A DNA stretch of 64,000 nt from IMG/VR virus record IMGVR_UViG_3300044716_001642, positions 32,001 to 96,000 of that record; one strand, written 5' to 3'. This document shows, in pieces, positions 18,492 through 29,096 of the stretch. A model generated the notes under the pieces. It saw only the letters and a program-made list of their open reading frames with translations. It did no database searches and was not told the origin of the DNA. The position numbers and the translations under genes are program-made. This DNA is from a virus. Positions within the stretch are counted from its first letter, which is position 1, and each line of letters begins with the position of its first letter.

Positions 18492-19973
18492 AAAAGTTTT
18501 TCTAGTAATTCTTTTTCGTTACAAACAAATTCACAATCAGTCCAGTCTCTGCTTTGAACGCTATTGTCTAATTTGTCATCTAAAATTGTGTGGGCGGTTT
18601 TTAGTGCTTTTTTTGCATCCTTACTCAACTTGCATTTCAATAGTGTTAAAATAGCTTCGACATCGTCATCATCCAAATCAAATCTTAGCTTACTACCATC
18701 ATACTTTGATCCATATCCAAAGTCAAGTATTAATTCTACATGAGGATCAAATTCTCCAAAACATTTTCCAGAGAAATCAGAATAATAAACTGCTTCTTCT
18801 CGCTGTGCTGGTCTAGTTGTTTTTTTCATTTTAAATGTTCCTTAACTACCTCCCATAATGACGGAATATCATAACAAATTTCCTTGCCATTTTTATCTGT
18901 TGCTAAATTTACCTTATCGTTGAATCCGATTCGTTCGTATAGGTACCAATCAACCCATCCGCAACCCTCTTCATCGAAGACGCCCTTCATAAGAATATCA
19001 ATTATTTTAAAATAAGAATCTTCAAAATCTAAAAGATCTATATCTAATTTATACAGCGCCGATGAACGTTCCCTTACTTTTTCAATTGTTTCAATCAGGT
19101 CTTTGAATTGTTCGTATTCCATATATTAAAATTCTATTTTTAGAGTCGTGAAAACATTAGTTTCTTTTATTTCATTTTTAAAACAATCAAGATCAACATT
19201 GATGGCATTTGAAATACTGATCAAAACCTTATGATCTTCATAAATCTTAAAAAGATGTTCGACTTTGCCGCTTGACGATAAGTGTTTGTCGTTTTGTTGC
19301 GAATAGTTTGTGTTACCATTAAAGTTTACCTGAGTAAAACTAACATTAGCACTTATTAAAATTAAAGCAAGTGCTAGTTTCATAGTATGTTTCTGATGAT
19401 GAAATATCGAATAATATCAAAAAAGCGAGACGTTGAATAGCAGCGCTTTTCTATTTTCTTCCATAACCAAAACCAGCCAGAATATTTTCTAAGCTTGTAA
19501 CAGAAGCTATTTTGTTTGCTCTCGTAAGTCTTCCAATACTCATCCATTTTTACTTTACGGTTTTCGTATTTTTCAACCTTGGCTAATTCTAGTTTATCTA
19601 GCTTCCCATAAACGAAATAAGCGTCAAAGTCTACCCAAATAGATTCTTGATCATTTAAATCAAGAGTTTCATAAAAAACAATCTTGCCATGAAAATCTAC
19701 CTTCTTTGTTTCTTGTTTTACTATCTTTTGATCTTTGACAAGATTCCAAGGCTTGTGGTTTTTTTGCTTCTTTTCCTCTTCTGTATAATACGTGTACTCA
19801 TACTCTATTACCTCCTCCAACAGCTCTCCGTCTTCTGAGATAATATAAGTCTCCAAACAATTATCCAAATCTTTGGTTTGGTATTGCAATTCGTTCCACT
19901 TCACAGAAAGACCTTTTAGTTCTTCTGTAAGTGGTAATTCCTTTTTACATTTAATATATGAAAACATTCCCAT
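18488..19973 (-). CDS. Four small hypothetical proteins (18488-18829, 18826-19122, 19126-19383, 19380-19973)
   Basis: Abutting or ATGA-overlapping ORFs typical of phage early regions. Confidence 0.6.
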
Positions 19974-19980
19974 GAGTTTT

Positions 19981-20008
19981 AGTATAAATTATTATTTGTT
20001 TAGGTCAA
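19981..20008 (-). promoter_or_regulatory. sigma70-like promoter
   Basis: TTGACC-16 nt-TATACT upstream of ATG at 19973. Confidence 0.5.
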
Positions 20009-20010
20009 CA

Positions 20011-20649
20011 TTACAGCCAATTTAAAGCACAAGAAGTAACTGGAAATTCTTTAACAAAAATCTTTTTAATTTCTTCTGCAATAATTCTGTGCTCTTTTTG
20101 CGTATCTTCTTTTGTTCTTAGTTCCAAATAATGTATCCAAGAACGAATTGTACCAGACATAAACAATGTAGTGGATGTAGTCAAAGGCAGAACCATTCTA
20201 GCACATTCTTTAGCAATACCGTTTCCAATAAGCTTATCGTAAAGTTCTTTACAATTAGTTAAAGTAGCATCGACTTCGTATTTTAGCTCTGGTGACAAAT
20301 CTATTTCTTCGTCCCCAACTTGTCTATTTGTTTTACCCTGCATTCTCCATTCAATATCTTCAAAAGAAGTAGATTGGGAATATCTTTGTGAAAATTCTTG
20401 AAAACTAAAACTACGATGTCTAAGAATTTGTGCTGCAATGGCTCTTGAAGTTTTAATTTCTACGCACATATTGACCATCTCATACGGACTGAAATGTTTA
20501 TGAGTGATTAGATACTTTAGAAGCTTTGGAGCAGTTTCGACATTGAGTTGGTTTGATGGATTAGAAACTCTTGCACAATAAGATATCAAATCTTCGGCAG
20601 TTTTTAGTCCTTCTATGTTAGGTTGTGTGAGTGATATTAATTTGATCAT
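20011..20649 (-). CDS. thyX: FAD-dependent thymidylate synthase ThyX
   Basis: HFSPYE, QILRHRSFSFQEFSQRY (RHRx7S), ARMVLP, RSWIHYLELR, QKEHR. Confidence 0.96.
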   Translation of the reverse strand: MIKLISLTQPNIEGLKTAEDLISYCARVSNPSNQLNVETAPKLLKYLITHKHFSPYEMVNMCVEIKTSRAIAAQILRHRSFSFQEFSQRYSQSTSFEDIEWRMQGKTNRQVGDEEIDLSPELKYEVDATLTNCKELYDKLIGNGIAKECARMVLPLTTSTTLFMSGTIRSWIHYLELRTKEDTQKEHRIIAEEIKKIFVKEFPVTSCALNWL

Positions 20650-21263
20650 GTCCAGAAATATTCTCTACGTTTAATAAGTTCAGTTAGAACTTCTGTATCT
20701 CGGTTTTTAATCTCTTCTTCGATTCTATTGACGTCCTTATATTTTACTTCATAAGGGATACCATCGTCTTTCATATATATTCTAGTTGTTCCGTCTTCTT
20801 GTGGAATGCGCTCAAACATTTCTTCAATTGGTTTGGAAGGAGGATAAGCATTTTGTAGATCAATTTCTAGTTGAGGTTTAATCTTAGTTACATATTCGTA
20901 AGCTTTTTCCAACCATTCCGCAAACTCTTTATGATGTTCTGTTGCTTCCCAATCTACAATATCAGCCTTGTATTCATCTTCGTAGAATGCTTTAATAAAT
21001 TCAAAATTAACACTCACTACCAATTCAGTAACATCAACCCAAGTACGAGGAATAGACTTTCTAATCTTTTGGTTTTGAGGTTTAATGATTGGTCTAATTT
21101 TATCGTAATATGTCATTCTCCAGCTATAAGGAAACAAATCCCAAGCATCCCAAAAGCCATATTTTTCAAAAATATAACTCCTTACTTTTCCAAATAGAGT
21201 TTCATCCTTTTTGGGAAAATCTTTCAAGCAGTGATTTTTAGCTATAAATTTTTCTTCGTTCAT
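20646..21263 (-). CDS. Hypothetical protein
   Basis: 205-aa ORF coupled to thyX. Confidence 0.65.
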   Translation of the reverse strand: MNEEKFIAKNHCLKDFPKKDETLFGKVRSYIFEKYGFWDAWDLFPYSWRMTYYDKIRPIIKPQNQKIRKSIPRTWVDVTELVVSVNFEFIKAFYEDEYKADIVDWEATEHHKEFAEWLEKAYEYVTKIKPQLEIDLQNAYPPSKPIEEMFERIPQEDGTTRIYMKDDGIPYEVKYKDVNRIEEEIKNRDTEVLTELIKRREYFWT

Positions 21264-21544
21264 TTTTTATTCATCCATTTGTTAAATTTTTCAGCAGTAT
21301 CTTGCAAGTGGTTTTCACAAGCAATTATAGCATCTTCTTCTGTCTTATAAAACTTATTAGAAATTTTTGTAATATCATCATCAAACTTTCCAAAGTATAA
21401 ACCTCCAATAAAGCCACAATGTTGCCCAAAATCATAATCACTATCTACAATATATTCCCAACCAATAACAGGTACTTTTGCAGAATACCAATAACCAGAT
21501 TTATCATCAAGCCATTTCTTCTTCCAATTTAATTTAGTTTTCAT
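21260..21544 (-). CDS. Hypothetical protein (start revised to MKTKLNW)
   Basis: ATG at 21544 follows a promoter at 21561-21588. Confidence 0.55.
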   Translation of the reverse strand: MKTKLNWKKKWLDDKSGYWYSAKVPVIGWEYIVDSDYDFGQHCGFIGGLYFGKFDDDITKISNKFYKTEEDAIIACENHLQDTAEKFNKWMNKK

Positions 21545-23454
21545 TTCAAGTTCAATAAATAGTCTATATGTTTTTGAAGATTTGTCAAGTCTTCTTCTAG
21601 GATTCCACAAACTTCTAATTTTGCTGTTGGTCCCGAATAACCTTCTCTGTCATGTAATTTTACTTCTGGATAGTATCTCAAATCAAATGTAAAATAATCT
21701 TCAAAAACTGGCATGAGTGCTTCTAGATGAAGTCTTTTAAATTTTTCATTTTTACTTTTAAATCCGAATTGCCACCATAATGAAGATTCCTCTATATCTG
21801 GTTTTTCTTTAGCAACCGACATATCTTTCCAGTTACCACAATAACGACCATCAGAATACCAAAGGCATTCAAGATTCTCAAAACCATGTTCTTTTAGAAC
21901 TTCGCGGAAAAAATCTACTTTTTTAATTATTTTAATTAATTCTGGACTCATATGTTTTTTCCAAAAATGTTCTGGCAATTTGTCCCATACTTTTCCAATC
22001 TTCGTATGTATCATCACCATCTATATAGATATCTTCAATTTTCATTATTGCGTCTATTGCTGCGTCTCGTTCGCGGATTGCTTTTTCTTTTTCAGAAACA
22101 GCTTTTTCCGCTCCAGTATTTTCTGCGATTGATCTGTATTCTTCTAGCTCTATCAACGCCTCATCCCGTTCGCGTTCTGCTTTTATTTTGGCATTCAAGT
22201 ATTCATGGCACAGTTCTTGCGTCTGACGGAGAAATTCCTGAACCCCAATACGCTGAAATTCAAAGTTACTGCATTTTTCTTCAAGTTCTTCGATGTATCC
22301 TGTTGCAGTAGGATCTCCTGACCATTTTGCTATTAAAGCATCTGTTTCTAATGTTGGTCTGTTATTCATTATGCTTTTCCCAATACATGTGCATTTTTAT
22401 TTTGCCATTTGTTTATTCTATCTGTGCCTTCTATCTCATCCATAGCAAGCCAAGCTTCTTTTAATTCTTTGATTAAATTGGTTTTTTCTGCTTCCGCTAA
22501 ATCCCTCTCGCCACCAAGCCGGTTACTCAAGTCAACAAATCCATCAATGATTCTATCACCAAATTGTTTGGCGGTGGTGGTTTCGTCTCCAATCCCGCAA
22601 CTCAAAAAATGAGAAACTTTACTTAAAACATCCATTGCTGCGTCTCGTTGATTGCAAATTTTATTAACTTCCAGCATATTTTCTGTTGCAAGGGTGTCGT
22701 ATTTTTCTTGTAATTCGTTAAGTTCTTTTTCGACTGAAAGGAATTGTTCTAACGGAACAACAAAGGCAGATCTTTCATAATCTTGCGCTTCTTTGTATTC
22801 TGCTTGTATTTTTCTCATTTTAAAACCTTTTCTTTTTGTTTCAAAATTCTACCTTTTGCTTCAGACCAAAACTTTTGTCTCTCTTCGCTATCTTTATCAG
22901 TTTTAGGAGTATCGCAAAGTTTCCAGAATGTGCTATTGATCATTTTGTCTCTTTGAGCATCAGTAACAAACTCCCCGCTTCTGTGACTGTAGCTCCAATT
23001 ATCGGCATTCTCTACTAGCTCTCTAACTCCGTCATTATTGCCAGAAATACAAAACATATTAATCTTGTGCAGGAAAGCCTCATATTGGGCCACTTTTTGT
23101 TTAAGCGTCGGATTTTTCATATTATTGATTATAGAAGTCTTTTTCTACAATGTCAAGCCTATCTTTTAGCCAGGCACGCAATGCCCAATGGTAATGTGTA
23201 TAATTTGGATCCCTCTCGTAATGAAAGAAAGCGTGACCAACATCAAAATAAACATCAGCCGCGATTTTATTCTTTAATCCTTTAATATTTTTTATATTAA
23301 AATTATTTAAATTTACAGCGCCATCCATGCCAAAATCCCAAGTATAATACGCAACCTTGGCTTTTCGGTCTACATAATATACATCAACATAGATTGGTTC
23401 TTTGCAGCTTACTAAGCCAATTTCAACAAAATGTTTTTTAAGATAGAGTTTCAC
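21541..23454 (-). CDS. Five hypothetical proteins, two of them coiled-coil with ERD(A/E)A repeats (21932-22369, 22369-22818)
   Basis: Abutting ORFs; the coding 15-mer ttgctgcgtctcgtt occurs in both coiled-coil genes. Confidence 0.6.
21561..21588 (-). promoter_or_regulatory. sigma70-like promoter
   Basis: TTGACA-16 nt-TAGACT. Confidence 0.5.
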
Positions 23455-23809
23455 GTTTTACCAGCTCTCCTTTTTCATCATACATATAATCTTCAATCAT
23501 ATTACCGAGTATTTCTAAAGAGTCAAATGCTATATTAGAAATTTCATGATACCAATCTACAACATAGCAGCAAAGATCATAACTATATATTACTTCTCCG
23601 ATTATATCAATTCCTTCTAAGCCATATGTGCCTTTTACTACGTCTCCCTCATAAACTTCTTTCATGCGTGAATCTAAAATTCCAAGAAATTGCTGAACCG
23701 AACATGAATGCTGAGAAAGCAAACGATCAGGAACAGTGATATTATTAAGATCAAAGTATTCAAACTTCTTCTGAATGTTGTCCCAAACTCTAAATTTTTT
23801 ATTGTTCAT
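23438..23809 (-). CDS. YopX-family protein
   Basis: KFRVWD...QQFLGILD....VYEGDVV...EILGN. Confidence 0.85.
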   Translation of the reverse strand: MNNKKFRVWDNIQKKFEYFDLNNITVPDRLLSQHSCSVQQFLGILDSRMKEVYEGDVVKGTYGLEGIDIIGEVIYSYDLCCYVVDWYHEISNIAFDSLEILGNMIEDYMYDEKGELVKRETLS

Positions 23810-23944
23810 TTATTTTTTTGAATTTTATTAACCAACTTTTTTAGTCCTCGTTTTCCAAGTTTCAGAAAATTTGGATGATTTGCTACTTCGGTTGCTAAAT
23901 TTTTACCACCTTTAAGTTTTTTCAGTTCTTTGCTCATGTTGATA

Positions 23945-23986
23945 ATATTAGAGAATATTTTCGGAAACGTCAATCTTTTTCTGCAT
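23945..23986 (-). repeat. 42-bp direct repeat, copy 1, containing a sigma70-like promoter
   Basis: 39/42 identical to 24608..24649; TTGACG-17 nt-TAATAT. Confidence 0.85.
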
Positions 23987-24104
23987 AGCCTTCTCCATAT
24001 CACCATAGATACTATTTGAGATTTGATCTTCCCCTGCATCAAACAAAGCATCTATTGCTTTTTTTAGAAGTTTTGATAATTCCAACTCTAATTTTGTTAG
24101 GTTT

Positions 24105-25117
24105 TTAATGTTCATTAATCAAAGTTTTTCTTATTAAATCTATTAGATAATAATAACTCACGCTCGACACGCGACAAGTATAACGAGATTTCTTAATCTC
24201 GTAACTATCACCGTTTGCTACCGCAACTACATCGGCTTTATTATGCATATCCATCATTTCAGCTTTTTCGTATTCTTTTTGATTTTTGTATATAGTGATC
24301 ATGACAGTATTGGTATTAGATATTATTGATTTTTTTCAGTAACTTGCTGGCTTCTTTAGTTCTTTCGATCTTAATCTTTTGTAGTTGCTTAATAAGATAG
24401 TCCGCGCCTAGAATTTCTCTATATAAGTCATTCAAGTCTAATACTTTTTCATGATGAGAAGTACTAATAAAAGACTTAGGTTCTGTGTAGTTGTCATTTG
24501 CGATGTCATGGAGAGTTGTATCAAGCAAGTCAAGAAGGTCTTCTTTCATCTCAAAAGAGATTTTGATTTTACTAGGTTGTTTATATGTTTTATTCATACT
24601 AGAAACGATATTAGACAATATTTCTGGAAACGTCAATCTTTTTCTGCATCTTCTCCAAAAATTAATTTGTGTAATTTATCCAAACCTTTTTGATGAACTT
24701 CCCATTCTTTTTTAAGACCTAAACAATAGCAAATCTTTTCTGCTAAAGGATAAAGAAAGTCTTGTTCATATTTCAAGTATACATAAAGATAATGAGGCTT
24801 TCTGGTCTTAAGCAATCTCATCAACCACATGATTATATTTGCAATGAATTCAGAAAGTCTGAATAAACCACCTACTATTACGATACTAGCAATTTTTTGT
24901 TTGAGTGTCATTTGGATGCGTATTTTCAATTTTCATGAACAATAATTTCTTTACATGGATTATAATTCAGCCATGCTTTTGCTCTGAACAATGATTCAAA
25001 TGCCATATCAGATCCATGTAAATTCTCAAAATTGCGCCACCAAAATAAGAATTTATATTGCGGAAAATATCTTCTATTGTTTCTGCTGTCTACAACTTCA
25101 AGGATGCGCGTTTTCAT
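24105..25117 (-). CDS. Four small hypothetical proteins (24105-24302, 24316-24636, 24633-24929, 24926-25117)
   Basis: Abutting ORFs. Confidence 0.55.
24608..24649 (-). repeat. 42-bp direct repeat, copy 2, containing a sigma70-like promoter
   Basis: TTGACG-17 nt-TAATAT; 39/42 identical to copy 1. Confidence 0.85.
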
Positions 25118-25150
25118 ATTAGGGACTTGTTGTTTTGTAGATTTGTATGT

Positions 25151-25507
25151 CTAAACAGCGTTCGCGTAACGGCAAAACCATTCCTGCCGCACAAAAACTG
25201 GTTTTCCGGCGCGAGTGATTTCTTCAAATCCAGAAACCATGAATCCATCGGCGTGCATCCAGTCGATCTGCGCTCGCTCCATTCTGCGGATGGCGCGTCT
25301 TCCATCTGCGTCCATCAGTAGTGCCATCCCGTTGTGTTGCACCGATACAGTGCATTGCCCTAGTTCTTTTAATGTTGGCTGTTGTTCGATACACCAAAAA
25401 GCGCGAACAGGCGCATCAACCGCAACGCCAGCCCGTTCAGAGTTTGAGTTTTTCTTTGATTTCATAGGTTTATTTGCAGCAGCGATGTTTTTTTCTTCGT
25501 TTGTCAT
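25151..25507 (-). CDS. Hypothetical protein with atypically high GC
   Basis: 118-aa ORF; hand counts of 50% and 58% GC in two 60-nt lines versus 32-38% in flanking lines. Confidence 0.55.
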   Translation of the reverse strand: MTNEEKNIAAANKPMKSKKNSNSERAGVAVDAPVRAFWCIEQQPTLKELGQCTVSVQHNGMALLMDADGRRAIRRMERAQIDWMHADGFMVSGFEEITRAGKPVFVRQEWFCRYANAV

Positions 25508-25514
25508 GATTTAG

Positions 25515-25543
25515 ATATTAGAGATTGTTTAAGGAAAGGTCAA
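25515..25543 (-). promoter_or_regulatory. sigma70-like promoter
   Basis: TTGACC-17 nt-TAATAT upstream of ATG at 25507. Confidence 0.6.
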
Positions 25544-25953
25544 GAATCTTTTTTAATAAATTGACAATCGCTCAACCAACAATCACAAACCAAACATTCT
25601 CCATTATGATCTGGATTGCAAGGTAATTGAAAAATATTTCCAACTACTTCAAAGTATTTCATATAATCCATCAAATCTTCAAATGTTTCAAAAGCATTTC
25701 CAGTCCTAACTCCAAATGATGCTCTGTCTTCAAGCCATATTACTTCCCCAAAGAAGTCTACATTTCCAGTATAACCAAATCTTACTCTGTCACCTTCATA
25801 GATTGGTTTTTTGTTCTTGTCGTAGAGTTCGGTGAATTGCTGAACGATGTACTTCTCATCTTCAAACAAATCAGTATATGAACATTCTTTGACATCAATC
25901 CAATTTAATTTTGTATCGTCCCATGCTCTGAATTTTAGTGTTCTATTTCTCAT
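25540..25953 (-). CDS. YopX-family protein
   Basis: LKFRAWD, QQFTELYDKNKKPIYEGD, EVVGNIF. Confidence 0.9.
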   Translation of the reverse strand: MRNRTLKFRAWDDTKLNWIDVKECSYTDLFEDEKYIVQQFTELYDKNKKPIYEGDRVRFGYTGNVDFFGEVIWLEDRASFGVRTGNAFETFEDLMDYMKYFEVVGNIFQLPCNPDHNGECLVCDCWLSDCQFIKKDS

Positions 25954-26404
25954 TGTTTAAAAGTTCTTTAGATTCGAAGATATTACCAATTACTTCATAA
26001 CTATAAGAAAGATATCGAAAATCATCCATATCATCATAACCTTTATAAGAAATTAAAAAGGTAGCTTTGGTTTCCAGCCAAATTATCTGTCCTGTCTCTA
26101 ACCCTCCATCAATTGTTTTATATTCTATTTTCCCATCCTTAACATAAGGACGAGTAAAACTTCTTTGGACATTAACTATATCTCCTTCATAGATTGGTTT
26201 TCCATTTTTGTCTTTTAATCCTGTGAATTGTTGAAAAATTATACTATCAAATGATTGCGATTCCCAGTAATTAAACCAAACTGCTTTGTCATATCCAATA
26301 GTTTCAAAAACAAAATCTATGGTTCTTAATTCTATAAATCTCTTTTCAACTTTATGCCAGACCCTATAATTTGGAATTCTATTCATTATCAAATATATTT
26401 CCAA
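25943..26404 (-). CDS. YopX-family protein
   Basis: YRVWH, QQFTGLKDKNGKPIYEGDIV, EVIGNIFE. Confidence 0.9.
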   Translation of the reverse strand: MEIYLIMNRIPNYRVWHKVEKRFIELRTIDFVFETIGYDKAVWFNYWESQSFDSIIFQQFTGLKDKNGKPIYEGDIVNVQRSFTRPYVKDGKIEYKTIDGGLETGQIIWLETKATFLISYKGYDDMDDFRYLSYSYEVIGNIFESKELLNNEK

Positions 26405-26747
26405 TTACTTCAATATCATCTCCGCTCCATATACCTGTATATTCTTTTTCATTAATTTTTGAATGAAAGGCGGCGTCTATAAAAACTACTTCAGCTTCAT
26501 AATTGTCGTTAATAAATTCTTTGGAATATGATCTAATGATATCGCCTTCATAAATTTCTTTTTTGTTCTTATCATATTCTCCAGTCCATTGCTGAAAGAC
26601 GATCTCATCAAATTTAGCAACATCATAATAATGAGCTTCTCCTTGACAATCATAACCAATACTTTCTTGTTCAAAGTCTATGTTTCGCAAATCAACAAAA
26701 CGTTTTTCAATTTTGTGCCAGACTCTATAATTTGGTATTTTATTCAT
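26379..26747 (-). CDS. YopX-family protein
   Basis: YRVWH, QQWTGEYDKNKKEIYEGDII, EVIGNIF. Confidence 0.9.
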   Translation of the reverse strand: MNKIPNYRVWHKIEKRFVDLRNIDFEQESIGYDCQGEAHYYDVAKFDEIVFQQWTGEYDKNKKEIYEGDIIRSYSKEFINDNYEAEVVFIDAAFHSKINEKEYTGIWSGDDIEVIGNIFDNE

Positions 26748-27121
26748 TTATTTAAAAGTTCTCTAGATTCAAAAATATTTCCAACTACTTCAAAGTTTGG
26801 CAAATTGACTATTAGAGGTGTACTATATAATCTTGTATCTATCATCTCCCAACCATTATTACCCCACCCTACGGTTTGAGTATAAACAGTGCCATCTAGC
26901 TCATATCTTACTATGTCGCCTTCATAAATATCATTACTTTCATAGTCTTTTAGTCCAGTCCATTGCTGAACAACATATTCATCACCACCAGAACCATTCT
27001 GAAGGTTTTGAAATTGTCCATTCAAAGTAAGAACATAATGTCCTTGATATCCTTTATCTGGATAGGTGAATTGTTTTGCTAGTTTATCCCAAGCGCGAAA
27101 TTTAAGGGTTCTATTTTGCAT
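26744..27121 (-). CDS. YopX-family protein
   Basis: LKFRAWD, QQWTGLKD....IYEGDIV, EVVGNIFE. Confidence 0.9.
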   Translation of the reverse strand: MQNRTLKFRAWDKLAKQFTYPDKGYQGHYVLTLNGQFQNLQNGSGGDEYVVQQWTGLKDYESNDIYEGDIVRYELDGTVYTQTVGWGNNGWEMIDTRLYSTPLIVNLPNFEVVGNIFESRELLNK

Positions 27122-27599
27122 AATAATCTAAAGCTTCTTGATATTGCTTTTCATTATATGATCCATCTTCATTGCTGTCAACATAAAAAGTTTTAGGTAT
27201 AAGAGGAAATTTGACATTCATTTTGGATTTTCCATTTGTGTAGCAATCTCCATCTGAATCTCTCCAAACTACAGCTTCTATGTAATATGCTGACCCATCT
27301 GAATTTTTAAATACTGCCCCATTTCTTATGTTTTGATATTTTGCATCATCTCCTAAACTAGAAATATCTCCCCATTCATCGTCTTCTCCAGTGAGAGGAG
27401 TTAATGTTTCAAAATTTGCTAAAGTTTTAAACATATTTGCAACATAGGGAGCACTGAAACCAGAATGTCCTTGTTTTGAAAATACTTCAATAAGCTCCAG
27501 AATACAATCATATGCTAATTTATTATATCCTTCTTTTAAATCTTCTTCTGAATAGATAAGACCAAGTTCTTTTTTTGCGTGTGTTATTAGGTTACTCAT
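27111..27599 (-). CDS. Hypothetical phage protein
   Basis: HAKKEL...VFSKQGHSGFSA...PLTGEDDEW. Confidence 0.65.
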   Translation of the reverse strand: MSNLITHAKKELGLIYSEEDLKEGYNKLAYDCILELIEVFSKQGHSGFSAPYVANMFKTLANFETLTPLTGEDDEWGDISSLGDDAKYQNIRNGAVFKNSDGSAYYIEAVVWRDSDGDCYTNGKSKMNVKFPLIPKTFYVDSNEDGSYNEKQYQEALDYYAK

Positions 27600-27603
27600 A
27601 TTT

Positions 27604-27831
27604 TTAATTTGGTATATATTTTTTCCAATTTTTGATTAAAGTTATCGGAATTTCTCCGTTTGAATTCTCCCATTCTTTTTTGGTAACATAAATCCACGGA
27701 CTTCGGCAACCGCATGAATCACAGGATATTGCAGACGGTATTCCTTCTCTGTCTTCGCAATCAAACTGAACAGGAACAAAATTATGCTCGTCAGAAGTTC
27801 TGCAAAATGGGCAAGTTAAATTATATTTCAT
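27604..27831 (-). CDS. Lar-like zinc-ribbon protein
   Basis: CPFC...CDSCGCRSP. Confidence 0.55.
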   Translation of the reverse strand: MKYNLTCPFCRTSDEHNFVPVQFDCEDREGIPSAISCDSCGCRSPWIYVTKKEWENSNGEIPITLIKNWKKYIPN

Positions 27832-27863
27832 TTTTTAAATACTATACTTTTTCCATCTTAAAG

Positions 27864-28274
27864 TCAAGCTTCAAAATCTGCTAAAGAAAACCATTGTCTC
27901 TTGTTTCTCATTTCTTCAATCTTCCAATATGGAACTCCGTGTTCGTTTTGATATTCTCCTGTCATATGATGAATCTCTACATTATAGCCATATTTTCTTG
28001 TCAAGTCAATATAAGGTTTTGCTTCTTTTTTGGTAAGAGTAGTATTAGAGACAATAACATCTTCCCCTCTCTGCATAGACTCTTCTGTGCTTTTTTGGCA
28101 CTCTGCATGACAATAACCAAGCCTTTTGGGATTAAAAAAATAGTTGTCATAAAGATCAACCATCCATTGATCTGCTTCAAAATGATTTGTAATGCCTTTT
28201 TCTTTTTTAAGTTTATTGGCGAAAGTAGTTTTTCCCGAACCACTTGGACCGCAAATGAGATAAAGAGTTTTCAT
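27864..28274 (-). CDS. P-loop polynucleotide kinase-like protein (AAA_33)
   Basis: LYLICGPSGSGKTT, HFEAD, VIVSNT, HGVP. Confidence 0.85.
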   Translation of the reverse strand: MKTLYLICGPSGSGKTTFANKLKKEKGITNHFEADQWMVDLYDNYFFNPKRLGYCHAECQKSTEESMQRGEDVIVSNTTLTKKEAKPYIDLTRKYGYNVEIHHMTGEYQNEHGVPYWKIEEMRNKRQWFSLADFEA

Positions 28275-28960
28275 TAAAATGGATTTAAAGTGTCTTTAGT
28301 ATGATGGTCAAATGTTTTATTTTCTTTTTCTTTAAAGCGCATTCTAAGTTGAGGAAAACTTATAGGTTCACTAACTTCTTCTACTCCCACGTCTCTAATC
28401 TTACAATGTATGTATAGAGTTTTTCCAATATCACTATTCCACAAATTACCATGACAATGCCCATGAATCATCCAACTTCCTTTTGCCTGACCATTCCACG
28501 AAACTAATGGGTAATGAGAAAGCACAATAGGTTGACCGCAAATCATAATCTCTAAATAATTTGGAACAAAATAAACTCTTTTATTATCAAAATTAAGATA
28601 CCTAGTTCCATTTTCTTCCGATGATTTACTCAACAATTGTTTGTAACCAGCTGAATGATTGCCAGAAAAAAGATAAAGAGTCTTAAATGTCAACCTATTG
28701 AGAACATCTGTTAATCTTTCTTCTCCTTTAGTACCAAACATTATATCACCTAAATGAAAGATTTCAGATTCTTCTCCAAGATTATCATTCCACCTTTTAA
28801 TAAGAATTTCGTCATGTTCTTCAACAGAGTTAAAACCTCTATTTTTCCATAATGGAGTTTCCCAATGTTCGCACTTATGACCCAAGTGCATATCAGACCA
28901 AAACCAAACATTAGTATGTTCGATTTTAATTGGTTCCCAAAAATAGTTAGATAGTTTCAC
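28274..28960 (-). CDS. Calcineurin-like metallophosphoesterase
   Basis: SDMHLGH, HLGD, GNH, LSHYP, HGHCH. Confidence 0.88.
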   Translation of the reverse strand: MKLSNYFWEPIKIEHTNVWFWSDMHLGHKCEHWETPLWKNRGFNSVEEHDEILIKRWNDNLGEESEIFHLGDIMFGTKGEERLTDVLNRLTFKTLYLFSGNHSAGYKQLLSKSSEENGTRYLNFDNKRVYFVPNYLEIMICGQPIVLSHYPLVSWNGQAKGSWMIHGHCHGNLWNSDIGKTLYIHCKIRDVGVEEVSEPISFPQLRMRFKEKENKTFDHHTKDTLNPF

Positions 28961-29096
28961 GTTTTAATTTCCGTATCCAAAAAAGTTATAAATTCTAAAA
29001 TAACCATCACTAAAGTTATTTTGTTTATGATATGAATTATAAGAAATTTTAGGTTTCCATGAACCTCTTTCAATTTGAAAATGCCAAGCAAAAAGT

